Origin: a virus
IMG/VR virus record: IMGVR_UViG_3300044946_000048
Span: 24,620-88,619 of that record
Length of the DNA stretch: 64,000 nt
Direction: 5' to 3' (one strand)
In this document: positions 42,021 to 51,710 of the stretch, piece after piece
Layout: every line of letters begins with the position of its first letter
Position numbering within the stretch: the stretch's first letter is position 1
Notes under the pieces: generated by a model
Databases searched by the model: none
What the model was told of the DNA's origin: nothing
What the model saw: the letters and a program-made list of their open reading frames with translations, nothing else
Program-made: the position numbers and the translations under genes

Positions 42021-42706
42021 AGCTGTTAGTCGCGGTTAAAAGCTGCAATCGAGACAAGGCGAATGGCTGCCACCAAGCTATTCGTGAGACGTGGGGCAAA
42101 GACTTCCCTGCTAACGTTGACGTTCGATTTTTCGTGGGCAGCGGTGGTCTGTCCGATGATTGGCTTCTCACGGATGAAATACGAGTTAATGCAGACGATA
42201 CTTTAGTTGCGCTACCAGTAAAAGTACGAAAAATGGCTGAATGGTCCGTTGAGCACGGGTATGATTATTCTTATTTCTGTGATGTGGATACGTTCGTAAT
42301 TCCGAAGAGACTGCTGGCGAGTGGCTTCGAGAACTACGACTACTTTGGGCGGTTCATGATTTCCGGAGTTCCGCAATTAATAAAAGATTTCAAGGACGGA
42401 CGACTAGGAACGGTCCATAACGTTTGGAACTATGCATCCGGCGGAGTCGGATATTTCTTAAGCTATAAGGCAGCTGAATTAATTGCTACCATGATACCCG
42501 TGCACTACGCAGAAGATTTCTCAGTCGGACAAGTGCTTGGGCCACTGACAAATTCAGGTGAACTGAAAGTTGCATACCCACCGAAGTTTGATTTGTATTG
42601 CGCCTGGCATTATTGCACGTGGGGCAAGACCAGGTATTGTTGGCCTAACAGTGTTGGCTTTAATCCTCAGTGGATGCGGGATAGTTACAAGAAAGGACAG
42701 CCGTGA
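42017..42706 (+). CDS. GT31/Fringe-like glycosyltransferase
   Basis: IRETW, CDVDT, YASGG.GY.LS, AED motifs. Confidence 0.85.
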   Translation: MKLLVAVKSCNRDKANGCHQAIRETWGKDFPANVDVRFFVGSGGLSDDWLLTDEIRVNADDTLVALPVKVRKMAEWSVEHGYDYSYFCDVDTFVIPKRLLASGFENYDYFGRFMISGVPQLIKDFKDGRLGTVHNVWNYASGGVGYFLSYKAAELIATMIPVHYAEDFSVGQVLGPLTNSGELKVAYPPKFDLYCAWHYCTWGKTRYCWPNSVGFNPQWMRDSYKKGQP

Positions 42707-44280
42707 TAACCGTTAAACTTCAAGGCGGCATTGGCAATCAAATGTTTATTTTTGCCTTGGGCTACGCGCAATCCAAACGATTAGGCGTAGGGTTACAGCT
42801 AGACGTGTCTCTGCTTAACGGACGCAGGAAATATCAGTTGGATCAGTGGCATCGGTTCTGCCCCTTAACACGTGCGCCTCTTCCCGACGAATACTCAACG
42901 GTCACAGGCAAAACTACGACAGTCAACGAAAATGGAATGCCTTATAATCCCGGGCTTCTAGAGCATATCAAAGACGGTGCCGTTATAAATGGTTATTGGC
43001 AAACCGAGAAGTACTTCTCTGACTTTGCAAGTGAAATTCGAGGAATATTTCATCCCCGTGGTTGCAATTCACAACAGGAAAATCTGAATTTTATAGACTG
43101 GTCAAAGAAAATAGAACAAGAAGACGAAAGCGTCTTCGTTCACGTAAGACATGGCGACTACCTCATCGAACCTCACCACAGTTATCACGGCATCCTCCCG
43201 CTGTCATACTATAAATCTGCGATGGATTACATAAGAGGATTATCTCGTGCGCCGAAGTTCTTTGTATTCTCTGATGACGAATCCTGGGTTCGTCAAAATC
43301 TTATCGGGAAAGATGTAACATTCGTAGACATCAAGCAAGAGGCCCATGCTATTAGTTTGATGAGCAAATGCAGGCATGCGATTATTGCCAACAGCAGTTT
43401 CTCATGGTGGGGTGCATGGTTGGGCTACGGCAAGAAAGACGGAATTCACATAGCCCCGAAGCAGTGGTTCGCGTCAAGCAAAGAAGATACCCGAGATATT
43501 ATTCCTGATTTGTGGAACGCAATCAACGTTGTTCCCCTGGCTACGAAGAGAGAACAAGAGCCGGGCAGAAAGATTTTATTTGCCGTTAATTCTTGGGACG
43601 AAGATGCCAGGCGAGGATGTCATCAAGCGATCCGTGAGACATGGGGCAAGGATGTAGTCCCTGCGGATTTGCGTTTCTTCGTTCCTAGAGTGCCGAATCA
43701 TCCACTACTAGCAGACGAAGTGTTCGTAGATGTTCCGCGTGACTACGATTACGTTTGTCGCGAAGTCGTGGAGATTCTCCGTTGGTCACTTAACGAAGGG
43801 TATGATTTTACTTTCTTGGTGAGCAACGACGCATTCGTGCTCCCTCAAAAACTTCTGAAGAGTGGTTTTGAGCAATACGATTATTCTGGTTTCTTCCATG
43901 AGCGAACTCCGTTAGGCGAGATGGCTACCGAAGACTATGAATGCACGTTCAAGACAGAAGCAGGTTATGGTAGACTACGGAAACTTTACAATTGGGCAGA
44001 CGGCGGGGACGGAAGAATGCTTTCTCGTAAAGCAGCCGAGATTATCGTAGCAAGTCCGGATGCAGCATATTGGCTCGCAGCCGATGACATTTTTATCGGC
44101 CAAGCACTCGGGCCACACATTCATAACGGTAGGATAAAAGCCTGGAACATAGGCCAGCACAAGGACGCGGTTCCGGACAACGGGATTACTTGGCACTTTA
44201 AGAACTATCCTGAACACAAGGGAGCGCGATACGAGCCGAATGTAGGATGGATGCAAAAGATGTATAAGGAACACGCATGA
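42703..44280 (+). CDS. alpha-1,2-fucosyltransferase (GT11) fused to a GT31-like domain
   Basis: GGIGNQMF, GYWQ.EKYF, HVRHGDY, FSDD, NSSFSWWGAWL, followed by a second IRETWGKD domain. Confidence 0.9.
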   Translation: MITVKLQGGIGNQMFIFALGYAQSKRLGVGLQLDVSLLNGRRKYQLDQWHRFCPLTRAPLPDEYSTVTGKTTTVNENGMPYNPGLLEHIKDGAVINGYWQTEKYFSDFASEIRGIFHPRGCNSQQENLNFIDWSKKIEQEDESVFVHVRHGDYLIEPHHSYHGILPLSYYKSAMDYIRGLSRAPKFFVFSDDESWVRQNLIGKDVTFVDIKQEAHAISLMSKCRHAIIANSSFSWWGAWLGYGKKDGIHIAPKQWFASSKEDTRDIIPDLWNAINVVPLATKREQEPGRKILFAVNSWDEDARRGCHQAIRETWGKDVVPADLRFFVPRVPNHPLLADEVFVDVPRDYDYVCREVVEILRWSLNEGYDFTFLVSNDAFVLPQKLLKSGFEQYDYSGFFHERTPLGEMATEDYECTFKTEAGYGRLRKLYNWADGGDGRMLSRKAAEIIVASPDAAYWLAADDIFIGQALGPHIHNGRIKAWNIGQHKDAVPDNGITWHFKNYPEHKGARYEPNVGWMQKMYKEHA

Positions 44281-44975
44281 GAATTCTATTCGCAATCAAT
44301 TCGTTCGATGTGGCGGCTAAGAGGGGTTGGCACCAAGTAATTCGCGAGACCTGGGGCAAGGACGTTGCACCAGCAGACCTGCGTTTCTTTATTCCAAAAT
44401 CCGGTAGCTATACGCCGCTCGCAGACGAAGTCTTCCTAGACGTGTCTGCCGAATACGAGAAAATATGCATCGAAGTCGTTGAGATGCTTAAGTGGGGCGT
44501 CGAACATGGATACGACTACATTATGATGGCAAGCACGGACTCATACGTGATTCCTAAAAAGGTCTTAGCATGCGGGTTCGAGAAGTATGACTACGCGGGA
44601 GATTGGGCGTTTGGTGAGCAGGTTCCGTTTGGGGAAGTCAATCCCATTCCTATGAACTGCACCTTTAAGACTGAAGGCGGATATGCCGTTGACCGCAATC
44701 TTTATAACTGGTGTGGATGCGGGCCTGTGCGGGTACTATCCAGGAAGGCAGCAGCCATCGTTGCTCCGTGCAGGAAAGAAGCAGAATTCTGGCACTCGGC
44801 GGACGATATCATGATCGGACAAATTCTCGGCCCGCGCATCAAGAGCGGGGAAATACTTCCTTATCGTATCCCGGACTACGGCGCAAAGATGGTATGGCAC
44901 TACAAGCATACTGAGAAAAAGCCATATAGCGTTGAAGGTGGATGGATGAAAAAGATGTATGAGGAGCACAAATGA
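44277..44975 (+). CDS. GT31-like glycosyltransferase paralog
   Basis: IRETWGKDV.PADLRFF; closely resembles the C-terminal domain of the upstream gene. Confidence 0.8.
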   Translation: MRILFAINSFDVAAKRGWHQVIRETWGKDVAPADLRFFIPKSGSYTPLADEVFLDVSAEYEKICIEVVEMLKWGVEHGYDYIMMASTDSYVIPKKVLACGFEKYDYAGDWAFGEQVPFGEVNPIPMNCTFKTEGGYAVDRNLYNWCGCGPVRVLSRKAAAIVAPCRKEAEFWHSADDIMIGQILGPRIKSGEILPYRIPDYGAKMVWHYKHTEKKPYSVEGGWMKKMYEEHK

Positions 44976-45607
44976 GCAGTCTCTGGTTGAAGAACCACAA
45001 AAAGGATATCAACAGTCAGTGCGGTGACGATGGTATCATACAGGCTATCTTTGACAAGATCGGTGTAACGAATCGATGGTGCTGCGAATTCGGAGCATAC
45101 AATGGAAAGGCGTATTCTAATACCCGTGCGCTGATTGACCAAGGCTGGCAAGGTGTCATGATTGAACCAAGCGAAGATTTTCACGCCTTAGTAAATAACA
45201 TGAAAGACTATCCTGTGATCTGTATGCAGGAATTCGTCGGAACCAACCTAGATGAACTTCTGGCTCGTACACCGATTCCTGTGGATTTTGACTTACTATC
45301 CATTGACACTGATAACGGGTCTTATTATACATGGGAAGCTTTAAAAAATTATAAACCTCGTGTTGTGGATTTCGAAGTGAATGCGTTCTATTCGGCGGAC
45401 GAACGGCATACCCCAGACATGCCCGCATCGGACTGGACACGTGAAGGCGTATCCATAGCCCCTGCGGTTGAATTAGCGAAGAGTAAAGGCTATGAACTTG
45501 CCATATGCGGTGGGTGGAATGCTTTCTTCGTCCTACGCGAATATGTTGATGTTCTCGGGATCGATACTGTTAACTGGAAATCACTCTTTGGATATCCGCA
45601 TTGGTAG
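44972..45607 (+). CDS. FkbM-like SAM methyltransferase
   Basis: SQ.G.DG.I, EFGA.NG...SNT..L...W.G..IE, DLLSIDTD. Confidence 0.8.
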   Translation: MSSLWLKNHKKDINSQCGDDGIIQAIFDKIGVTNRWCCEFGAYNGKAYSNTRALIDQGWQGVMIEPSEDFHALVNNMKDYPVICMQEFVGTNLDELLARTPIPVDFDLLSIDTDNGSYYTWEALKNYKPRVVDFEVNAFYSADERHTPDMPASDWTREGVSIAPAVELAKSKGYELAICGGWNAFFVLREYVDVLGIDTVNWKSLFGYPHW

Positions 45608-46281
45608 AAAGGATAATTATGGAACCTTTAATTTCAATTTTGCACCCGACAGTAAGACCTACGCACTGGAATCATGTAGCTGCGGACTGGCACAAAACCT
45701 GTGACCGTTCAGAGTTCGTAGAATACGTACTCGTGCCCGAAAGGAAGCACTTTCCGAACGGTCTTCCTGATAAGACGCCATTTCAGAGCAGTCTGATTCA
45801 GTTCAATGAAGAGGCTGCGTCTACCGTAGGAGGATATAATTTCGGGGCTCGAATCTCTCATGGCAAAGTTCTCGTTTGCGTTGCTGATGATTTCTATCCT
45901 GCTCGGCATTGGGATACGGATATCCTGGATTTGCTACGAGGCAAAATGGACCAGGAAGTGATCGTTCAAGTGGATACAGGGATGCCTCAGTTCGATGACA
46001 ATTTTATACCGCTTCCGTTTTTGACCAGGAAATACTACGAAAGAAACAACTACATATTCTGGCCGGAGTACGTGTCTTATTACGCCGACGTGGACTTCAC
46101 GGAGATGGCAAAATTGAGCGGAGCAGAAATCATCAATGCTCGTCATTTGAAGTTTCGTCACCTGCAAGGCGGCACCACAGGCGCGTTCCGAGGCGACCAG
46201 CATTATATAAGAAATGGCACGGACGGTGTGGCCGATGGTGTTCTGTATGGCAAACGTCATGCGGCGAGAGAATCTCGATGA
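45601..46281 (+). CDS. GT-A (GT2-like) glycosyltransferase
   Basis: ISILHPT.R, ADDFYP...WD, Y.SYYAD.DF, F.H. Confidence 0.75.
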   Translation: MVERIIMEPLISILHPTVRPTHWNHVAADWHKTCDRSEFVEYVLVPERKHFPNGLPDKTPFQSSLIQFNEEAASTVGGYNFGARISHGKVLVCVADDFYPARHWDTDILDLLRGKMDQEVIVQVDTGMPQFDDNFIPLPFLTRKYYERNNYIFWPEYVSYYADVDFTEMAKLSGAEIINARHLKFRHLQGGTTGAFRGDQHYIRNGTDGVADGVLYGKRHAARESR

Positions 46282-46859
46282 TTCCTGTTTATCCGCCAAG
46301 CATCCATAATACGGTTGTAGACTATGTTCTGCACGACGGCGATGTTGTGTTGGACATCGGCGGATATCACGGGGAGTGGACCGCAGTCTTGCTGAATAAA
46401 AACAAGGACATAAATTGCCGAGTCTTTGTTTTTGAACCAGTGGGAAGATTCTATGACGAGATAAAGTTACGATTCGAGGGAAGGCCCAATATTACGGTTT
46501 TGAACGTAGCCTTATCGGACGCGACCGGATACGATACAATAGTCGAAATGGAAGAAGGATCGCACATAGAAGATTCGGATTACGAAATCGAAACTCTTGA
46601 CGTTGTGGATTTCTTCAAGAAATACGCCATCAAAAGAGTTGCTTTAGCGAGCGTTAACATCGAAGGCCATGAGTTCGTATTACTTCCTAGGCTTATCGAA
46701 TCCGGATTTATAGACAATATAGAGAAACTACAAATTCAGTTCCACGAAACGTACCCAAACGCTGTCGAACGACGGGACAAAATTAGAGAGTGGCTAGGGG
46801 TAACGCATGAAGAAGTTTATTGCTATCCCTTTGTGTGGGAGTGCTGGAAAAAGAAATGA
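46278..46859 (+). CDS. FkbM-family methyltransferase
   Basis: VLDIGGYHG, FEPV, NIEG.EF, LQIQFH. Confidence 0.88.
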   Translation: MIPVYPPSIHNTVVDYVLHDGDVVLDIGGYHGEWTAVLLNKNKDINCRVFVFEPVGRFYDEIKLRFEGRPNITVLNVALSDATGYDTIVEMEEGSHIEDSDYEIETLDVVDFFKKYAIKRVALASVNIEGHEFVLLPRLIESGFIDNIEKLQIQFHETYPNAVERRDKIREWLGVTHEEVYCYPFVWECWKKK

Positions 46860-47806
46860 TTATATCTAAGACGCCATTTCGAATGTCTTTCATAGGCGGA
46901 GGCACTGACCGTCCCGAGTTTTATGAAAAGCAGCAAGGGGCTGTTATTAGCACTGCGATAGACAAGTACGTCTACATCACGGTCAACACCCGATTTGATG
47001 ACACGATTCGCATCAGCTATTCCAAGACAGAAATAGCGGACAAGTTGGCGGATATAAAGCACGAGAGATTCAGAGAAGCAATGCGAATGGTAGGAGTTAC
47101 GCAAGGCGTGGAGATTACATCCATAGCGGACATGCCCGCTGGCAGCGGCATGGGCTCATCTAGCAGTTTCACGGTTGGGGCACTCAACGCACTTTCCGCC
47201 TATCAGGGAATAGGTTTGTCTGCGAAAGTTTTGGCCGAAGCTGCGTGCAGGCTGGAAATAGGCACGCTTAATGAGCCTATCGGCAAACAGGATCAGTACG
47301 CAGCAGCCTACGGCGGACTCCGTCGGTATCTGTTCAACCCAGACGGTACGGTCTTCGTGGACCCTGTCGTCACTTCAGACCTTAGGATGCGGGAATTCTA
47401 CGACAGCTTGATGCTCTTCTATGTAGGCGGAGAACGAAAAGCTTCCGACGTACTGAGCGCGTCCGTCGCTCCAGATACTCGTATGCGAACACTAGTGGAC
47501 GATTTCTGGAAGATTCTCACGACGGGCGATATCCGAGAACTCGGGGAGATTTTTCACGAGGGTTGGGAGATTAAGAAGCGCACCGGAGCCGTCACCAGCC
47601 CACAGATAGATGAGTGCTACGAATTAGCTTGCAAAGCGGGTGCTAGTGGTGGTAAACTACTAGGTGCTGGAGGGGCGGGCTTCTTAATGCTCTTCGTTAA
47701 TCCTCAACAGCAGCGCAAGGTGCGTAAAGTTTTTTGGCAGACGCACAACCCGAGATGGATTCCGTTTCAGTTCGAGCCCGAAGGGAGCAAGATTATTTTA
47801 TGTTGA
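46856..47806 (+). CDS. hddA: D-glycero-alpha-D-manno-heptose-7-phosphate kinase (GHMP family)
   Basis: KTPFRMSFIGGGTD, PAGSGMGSSS, GKQDQYAAAYGG, GGKLLGAGG.GF. Confidence 0.88.
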   Translation: MIISKTPFRMSFIGGGTDRPEFYEKQQGAVISTAIDKYVYITVNTRFDDTIRISYSKTEIADKLADIKHERFREAMRMVGVTQGVEITSIADMPAGSGMGSSSSFTVGALNALSAYQGIGLSAKVLAEAACRLEIGTLNEPIGKQDQYAAAYGGLRRYLFNPDGTVFVDPVVTSDLRMREFYDSLMLFYVGGERKASDVLSASVAPDTRMRTLVDDFWKILTTGDIRELGEIFHEGWEIKKRTGAVTSPQIDECYELACKAGASGGKLLGAGGAGFLMLFVNPQQQRKVRKVFWQTHNPRWIPFQFEPEGSKIILC

Positions 47807-48381
47807 CTGATGTTTGCAATTACAAAAAGGAATTAGATAGTTGTTGGGACGAACTTGTTCCGGCTCAATTGACTCGTGTCATTTCTCAGTTGATGAAACG
47901 GGGTACTACGATTTTCATATTAGGGAACGGCGGGAGCGCAGCGACCGCATCCCATATGGCAGTGGATTTAGCCAAGGGAACCCAGGTTAAAGGGTTCCCT
48001 TCACTGAAGGCAATCAGCCTGACGGATAACGTTGGCATGCTGACAGCCTGGGCAAACGATGTAGCCTATCAATCTATTTTCAAAGAGCAGTTAGCAGTAC
48101 TCATGAAGCCACGCGACACTGTTATCGGTATCTCGGCCTCGGGAAATTCTCCGAACATTTCGGCAGCAATAGCCTACGCTAAGATGAACGGTGGCTTTAC
48201 GATTGGTTTTAGCGGATTCGGCGGCGGCGCTTTGAAACGTTTGGTAGACTTGGATATCACAGTGTCATCCCGTAACTACGGAGCGGTGGAAGATTTTCAC
48301 TTGAGTTTGAATCATATGATTACGCAGTTCATCAAACGATTTCGAGAGGGAGGCGAAAAATGGGACAATCCATCTTGGTAA
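47800..48381 (+). CDS. gmhA: sedoheptulose-7-phosphate isomerase (SIS domain)
   Basis: GNGGSAATASH, TAWAND..Y..IF..Q, ISASGNSPN, VED.H....H. Confidence 0.9.
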   Translation: MLTDVCNYKKELDSCWDELVPAQLTRVISQLMKRGTTIFILGNGGSAATASHMAVDLAKGTQVKGFPSLKAISLTDNVGMLTAWANDVAYQSIFKEQLAVLMKPRDTVIGISASGNSPNISAAIAYAKMNGGFTIGFSGFGGGALKRLVDLDITVSSRNYGAVEDFHLSLNHMITQFIKRFREGGEKWDNPSW

Positions 48382-49121
48382 CGGGAAACAAAGGATACAT
48401 CGGTTCACACTTGCTGTATCATGTTAGCAGACTAAAGGTGCCGATATATTATTGTGATTTAGAAGGCGGTCTGGATTTCGGCGTCATGAGAGGATATCAT
48501 TTTGATTACGTTATCCATCTGGCGGCGCACGCTTCTGTGACTCAATCCATGCTAGACCCGGACGAGTGCTTTGAGAATAATGCTTTCAAATTGATACCCT
48601 TTTTGCAATATAACAAAATCGGAAAGCTGATATTCACTTCGACAGGCGGAGCCATTTACGGAAATAAACTCAACGCCAAGGAAGAGGATGCTAGCTGGAA
48701 CGGTTGTATTTCGCCTTACGGACAGTCCAAGTATCTTGCTGAGAAGATTATCCGCAGGATGCACCCGAACCATTGCATACTGCGCTTAGGCAACGTCTGG
48801 GGCGGGCAGGATTCCAATAGGCTTGAATTAGCCATGCATGCATGCTTTGCAAAAGACAATCCAATCGTAGTCTATGGCGGGACCCAGATCAGAGATTTTA
48901 TCCATGTAGAAACTGTCTGCAAGGCCATCATGCGAGCGATAAAATTGGATGTTACAGGCACGTTCAATCTCGGAGACGGACAAAAGAAAATTAAGGATGT
49001 CGCAGAAGAGTATGCAGCAAAACGTAACGTGGACATTCGCTACGCCATGGCACGTCCAGGAGAAATCGATTACGTCAGCTTGGATAGTACGCGGGCGCAC
49101 GAAGCAGGACTATTGCCATGA
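48360..49121 (+). CDS. NAD-dependent sugar epimerase/dehydratase
   Basis: VTGNKGYIG, HLAA, STGGAIYG, YGQSK, RDFIHV. Confidence 0.9.
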   Translation: MGQSILVTGNKGYIGSHLLYHVSRLKVPIYYCDLEGGLDFGVMRGYHFDYVIHLAAHASVTQSMLDPDECFENNAFKLIPFLQYNKIGKLIFTSTGGAIYGNKLNAKEEDASWNGCISPYGQSKYLAEKIIRRMHPNHCILRLGNVWGGQDSNRLELAMHACFAKDNPIVVYGGTQIRDFIHVETVCKAIMRAIKLDVTGTFNLGDGQKKIKDVAEEYAAKRNVDIRYAMARPGEIDYVSLDSTRAHEAGLLP

Positions 49122-50173
49122 AAACCACAATCGTCACGACAACCGTGCGGGTTCCAACATTTTTAACTGCATACCACGAGAACGCAAAGTACTTCGGGCA
49201 TGAGGTGGACTTTGTCGTTGCAGGAGATTTGAAGAGTGATAATCACGCTACACGAGCATTCTGCGACACGATACCGAATTGCGAATACCTAGGACCAACA
49301 GACCAGCGAGAGTTTATAAAGGATTCCCCGCTTGAGACATTGCCTTGGAATTCACCGGGACGCAGGAACGTAGCATTGCTTTGGGCATACAGTCATGGTG
49401 CGGACGTAATCATCACGCTTGACGACGACAATCTTGCCACGGCTGCGGATGCAGTCGGGGAGCACACGGCGTCTATCGGAAACATATTCCCGAGAGGAAT
49501 GGTTAGATCGAAACAGAAAGGATGGTTCAACGTCTGTGGCATGCTGCAAGAAAGGCACAACGTCGAGTTTTACCATCGGGGCTATCCGCCAGCGCAACGT
49601 TGGAACGACGACTTTATCGATCTTGTGTACTCGGGTGTAACAGGCCAGCATGCGGTAGTGAACGCAGGACTATGGACGGGCGACCCTGATACAGATGCAA
49701 TTACTAGACTTGAACGTCCTCTTATTTCTGACGGCTTCCGGTCAAAAGATTTAACTAAGGTAGTTCTTGCGCCTGGCACATGGTCCCCGTTCAACTGCCA
49801 GAACACGGCACTGGCTCGGGAGATTATCCCTGCTTACTTTCTTAATCCGATGATTGGCAGGCATGATGATATTTTTGCAAGCTTCATCATCAATCGACTT
49901 GCAGAACATTTTGGACATGTAATCTCATTTGGTACGCCGTTGGCATTTCACGACCGAAGCCCGCACGACTTGTGGAAGGACTTGGAAGCAGAGCAAGGAG
50001 GAATGCAATTAACAGATGGTTTCGTCGCTGCTTTGCGGGACATGAAACTGACGGCGAAAACGTACCACGAAGGATTCGGTCAAGTCATGGAAGGGCTAGG
50101 CTCTTGGGGATGGCACCATGACATGTGGGCGTTCATAATGCACATGCAAAACTGGTATGAGGTGTTTAAATGA
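49118..50173 (+). CDS. GT75/RGP- or STELLO-like protein
   Basis: LDDDN, HRGYP, GLW.GDPD.DAI.RL, PFN.QNT, GR.DDI, H.R..HD...DL..E. Confidence 0.7.
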   Translation: MKTTIVTTTVRVPTFLTAYHENAKYFGHEVDFVVAGDLKSDNHATRAFCDTIPNCEYLGPTDQREFIKDSPLETLPWNSPGRRNVALLWAYSHGADVIITLDDDNLATAADAVGEHTASIGNIFPRGMVRSKQKGWFNVCGMLQERHNVEFYHRGYPPAQRWNDDFIDLVYSGVTGQHAVVNAGLWTGDPDTDAITRLERPLISDGFRSKDLTKVVLAPGTWSPFNCQNTALAREIIPAYFLNPMIGRHDDIFASFIINRLAEHFGHVISFGTPLAFHDRSPHDLWKDLEAEQGGMQLTDGFVAALRDMKLTAKTYHEGFGQVMEGLGSWGWHHDMWAFIMHMQNWYEVFK

Positions 50174-50763
50174 GAGATATAGAATTTAGTCGCGGGACGT
50201 ATCGTCGGTTAACTCCGAACAAAGTCGTGCACAATCAAGACGGAACCACGTGCGTGGTTCTCGAAAGAAAAAGCGGCCCACATCTCATCTGTATTATTGA
50301 TACATCAATCTACGATTGGATTAAAGGATTTCGTTGGTCGGTTTATCGAGCAGCGGCAGGTAAAACGTACTACGCAAAAACTGCCGTTCGTAAACCAACA
50401 GGGCAACAAACAACCGTATATATGCAAAATTTTGTACTTCCTGACATCGATGAAGTCGATCATAGAAATGGAAACGGTTTAGATAATAGACGAGAAAATT
50501 TGCGACCTGCAACTCACTCTCAAAATATGGCTAATAGAAAAAAGATTGAGGACACTTCGTCTAGATTTATAGGCGTGCATTGGAGAGAAGACATACAGAA
50601 ATTTCGGGCGCATATTTCTGTCGATAGGAAACGCATTGATCTAGGACATTTCGACGACGAAATTAAGGCTGCCAAAGTGCGAGATAAAAAAGCAAAAGAA
50701 ATTTACGGAGAGTTCGCAAAATTGAATTTTCCGAATATCGTTGTCGGAGAACAACCGTCATGA
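50170..50763 (+). CDS. HNH-AP2 homing endonuclease
   Basis: [17 protein letters not shown] plus C-terminal AP2 domain (SRFIGV.W...LG.F..E..AA...GEFA.LNF). Confidence 0.9.
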   Translation: MRDIEFSRGTYRRLTPNKVVHNQDGTTCVVLERKSGPHLICIIDTSIYDWIKGFRWSVYRAAAGKTYYAKTAVRKPTGQQTTVYMQNFVLPDIDEVDHRNGNGLDNRRENLRPATHSQNMANRKKIEDTSSRFIGVHWREDIQKFRAHISVDRKRIDLGHFDDEIKAAKVRDKKAKEIYGEFAKLNFPNIVVGEQPS

Positions 50764-51710
50764 AAAAAGTTTTAATTACGGGAATTTCAGGACAATGTGG
50801 GTCGTACTTATCCGAACTTCTTTTAGAAAAAGGATACGAAGTTCATGGCATTATTCGAAGACATAGTACTCCAGCGACAAGCAGAATCGATCATATTTTT
50901 AATAGCCTACAATTACACTACGGAGATATGACAGATGCTATGTCTATTGAGAATGCCATCAATATTATTAAGCCAGATGAAATCTACGGGTTAGCGGCGC
51001 AATCTCACGTGCGAACCTCATTTGACATTCCGATATATACCGCCCAAGCTACAGCTATAGGAACCTTGAATATTTTAGAAGCTATTAAAGGTAAAGGCAT
51101 TAAATTTTATCAAGCGAGCAGCAGCGAACTTTTCGGAAAGTCTCCAGCACCTCAATCTGAAACGACGCCCTTCTATCCTCGCAGTCCATATGCAGTTGCA
51201 AAACAATTTGCTTATTGGTCAGTGGTGAATCATAGAGAGGCATATGAAACGTTCGGATGCAACGGAATACTTTTCAATAACGAATCTCCGCGACGAGGGC
51301 CTACGTTCGTAACACAAAAGATTGTCAAGGCTGCTTGCAACATCTTTAAAGGCACGCAGGATAAACTTTACCTCGGGAACCTTGACTCTAGACGGGATTG
51401 GGGGTATGCTAAGGATTACGTGGAAGCAATGTGGTTAATGCTTCAGCAAGAGAAGCCAGACGATTACGTAATCGCTACAGGCGAGCAGCACTCGGTTCGG
51501 GAATTCCTCGACTTGGTCTTCGGAAGATTGAACCTAGACTGGCACAAGTACGTTGAAATCGATCCCAGGCTCTTCCGGCCTACCGAAGTGGATTCTCTCT
51601 TGGGCGATCCATCCAAGGCGATGAAAGTTTTGGGGTGGAAACCAAAAACGAACCTTAATAGCTTGGTAGAAATCATGGTCGAAGCAGAACTGTACGGAGA
51701 AACACGATGA
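50760..51710 (+). CDS. gmd: GDP-mannose 4,6-dehydratase
   Basis: [51 protein letters not shown]. Confidence 0.95.
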   Translation: MKKVLITGISGQCGSYLSELLLEKGYEVHGIIRRHSTPATSRIDHIFNSLQLHYGDMTDAMSIENAINIIKPDEIYGLAAQSHVRTSFDIPIYTAQATAIGTLNILEAIKGKGIKFYQASSSELFGKSPAPQSETTPFYPRSPYAVAKQFAYWSVVNHREAYETFGCNGILFNNESPRRGPTFVTQKIVKAACNIFKGTQDKLYLGNLDSRRDWGYAKDYVEAMWLMLQQEKPDDYVIATGEQHSVREFLDLVFGRLNLDWHKYVEIDPRLFRPTEVDSLLGDPSKAMKVLGWKPKTNLNSLVEIMVEAELYGETR

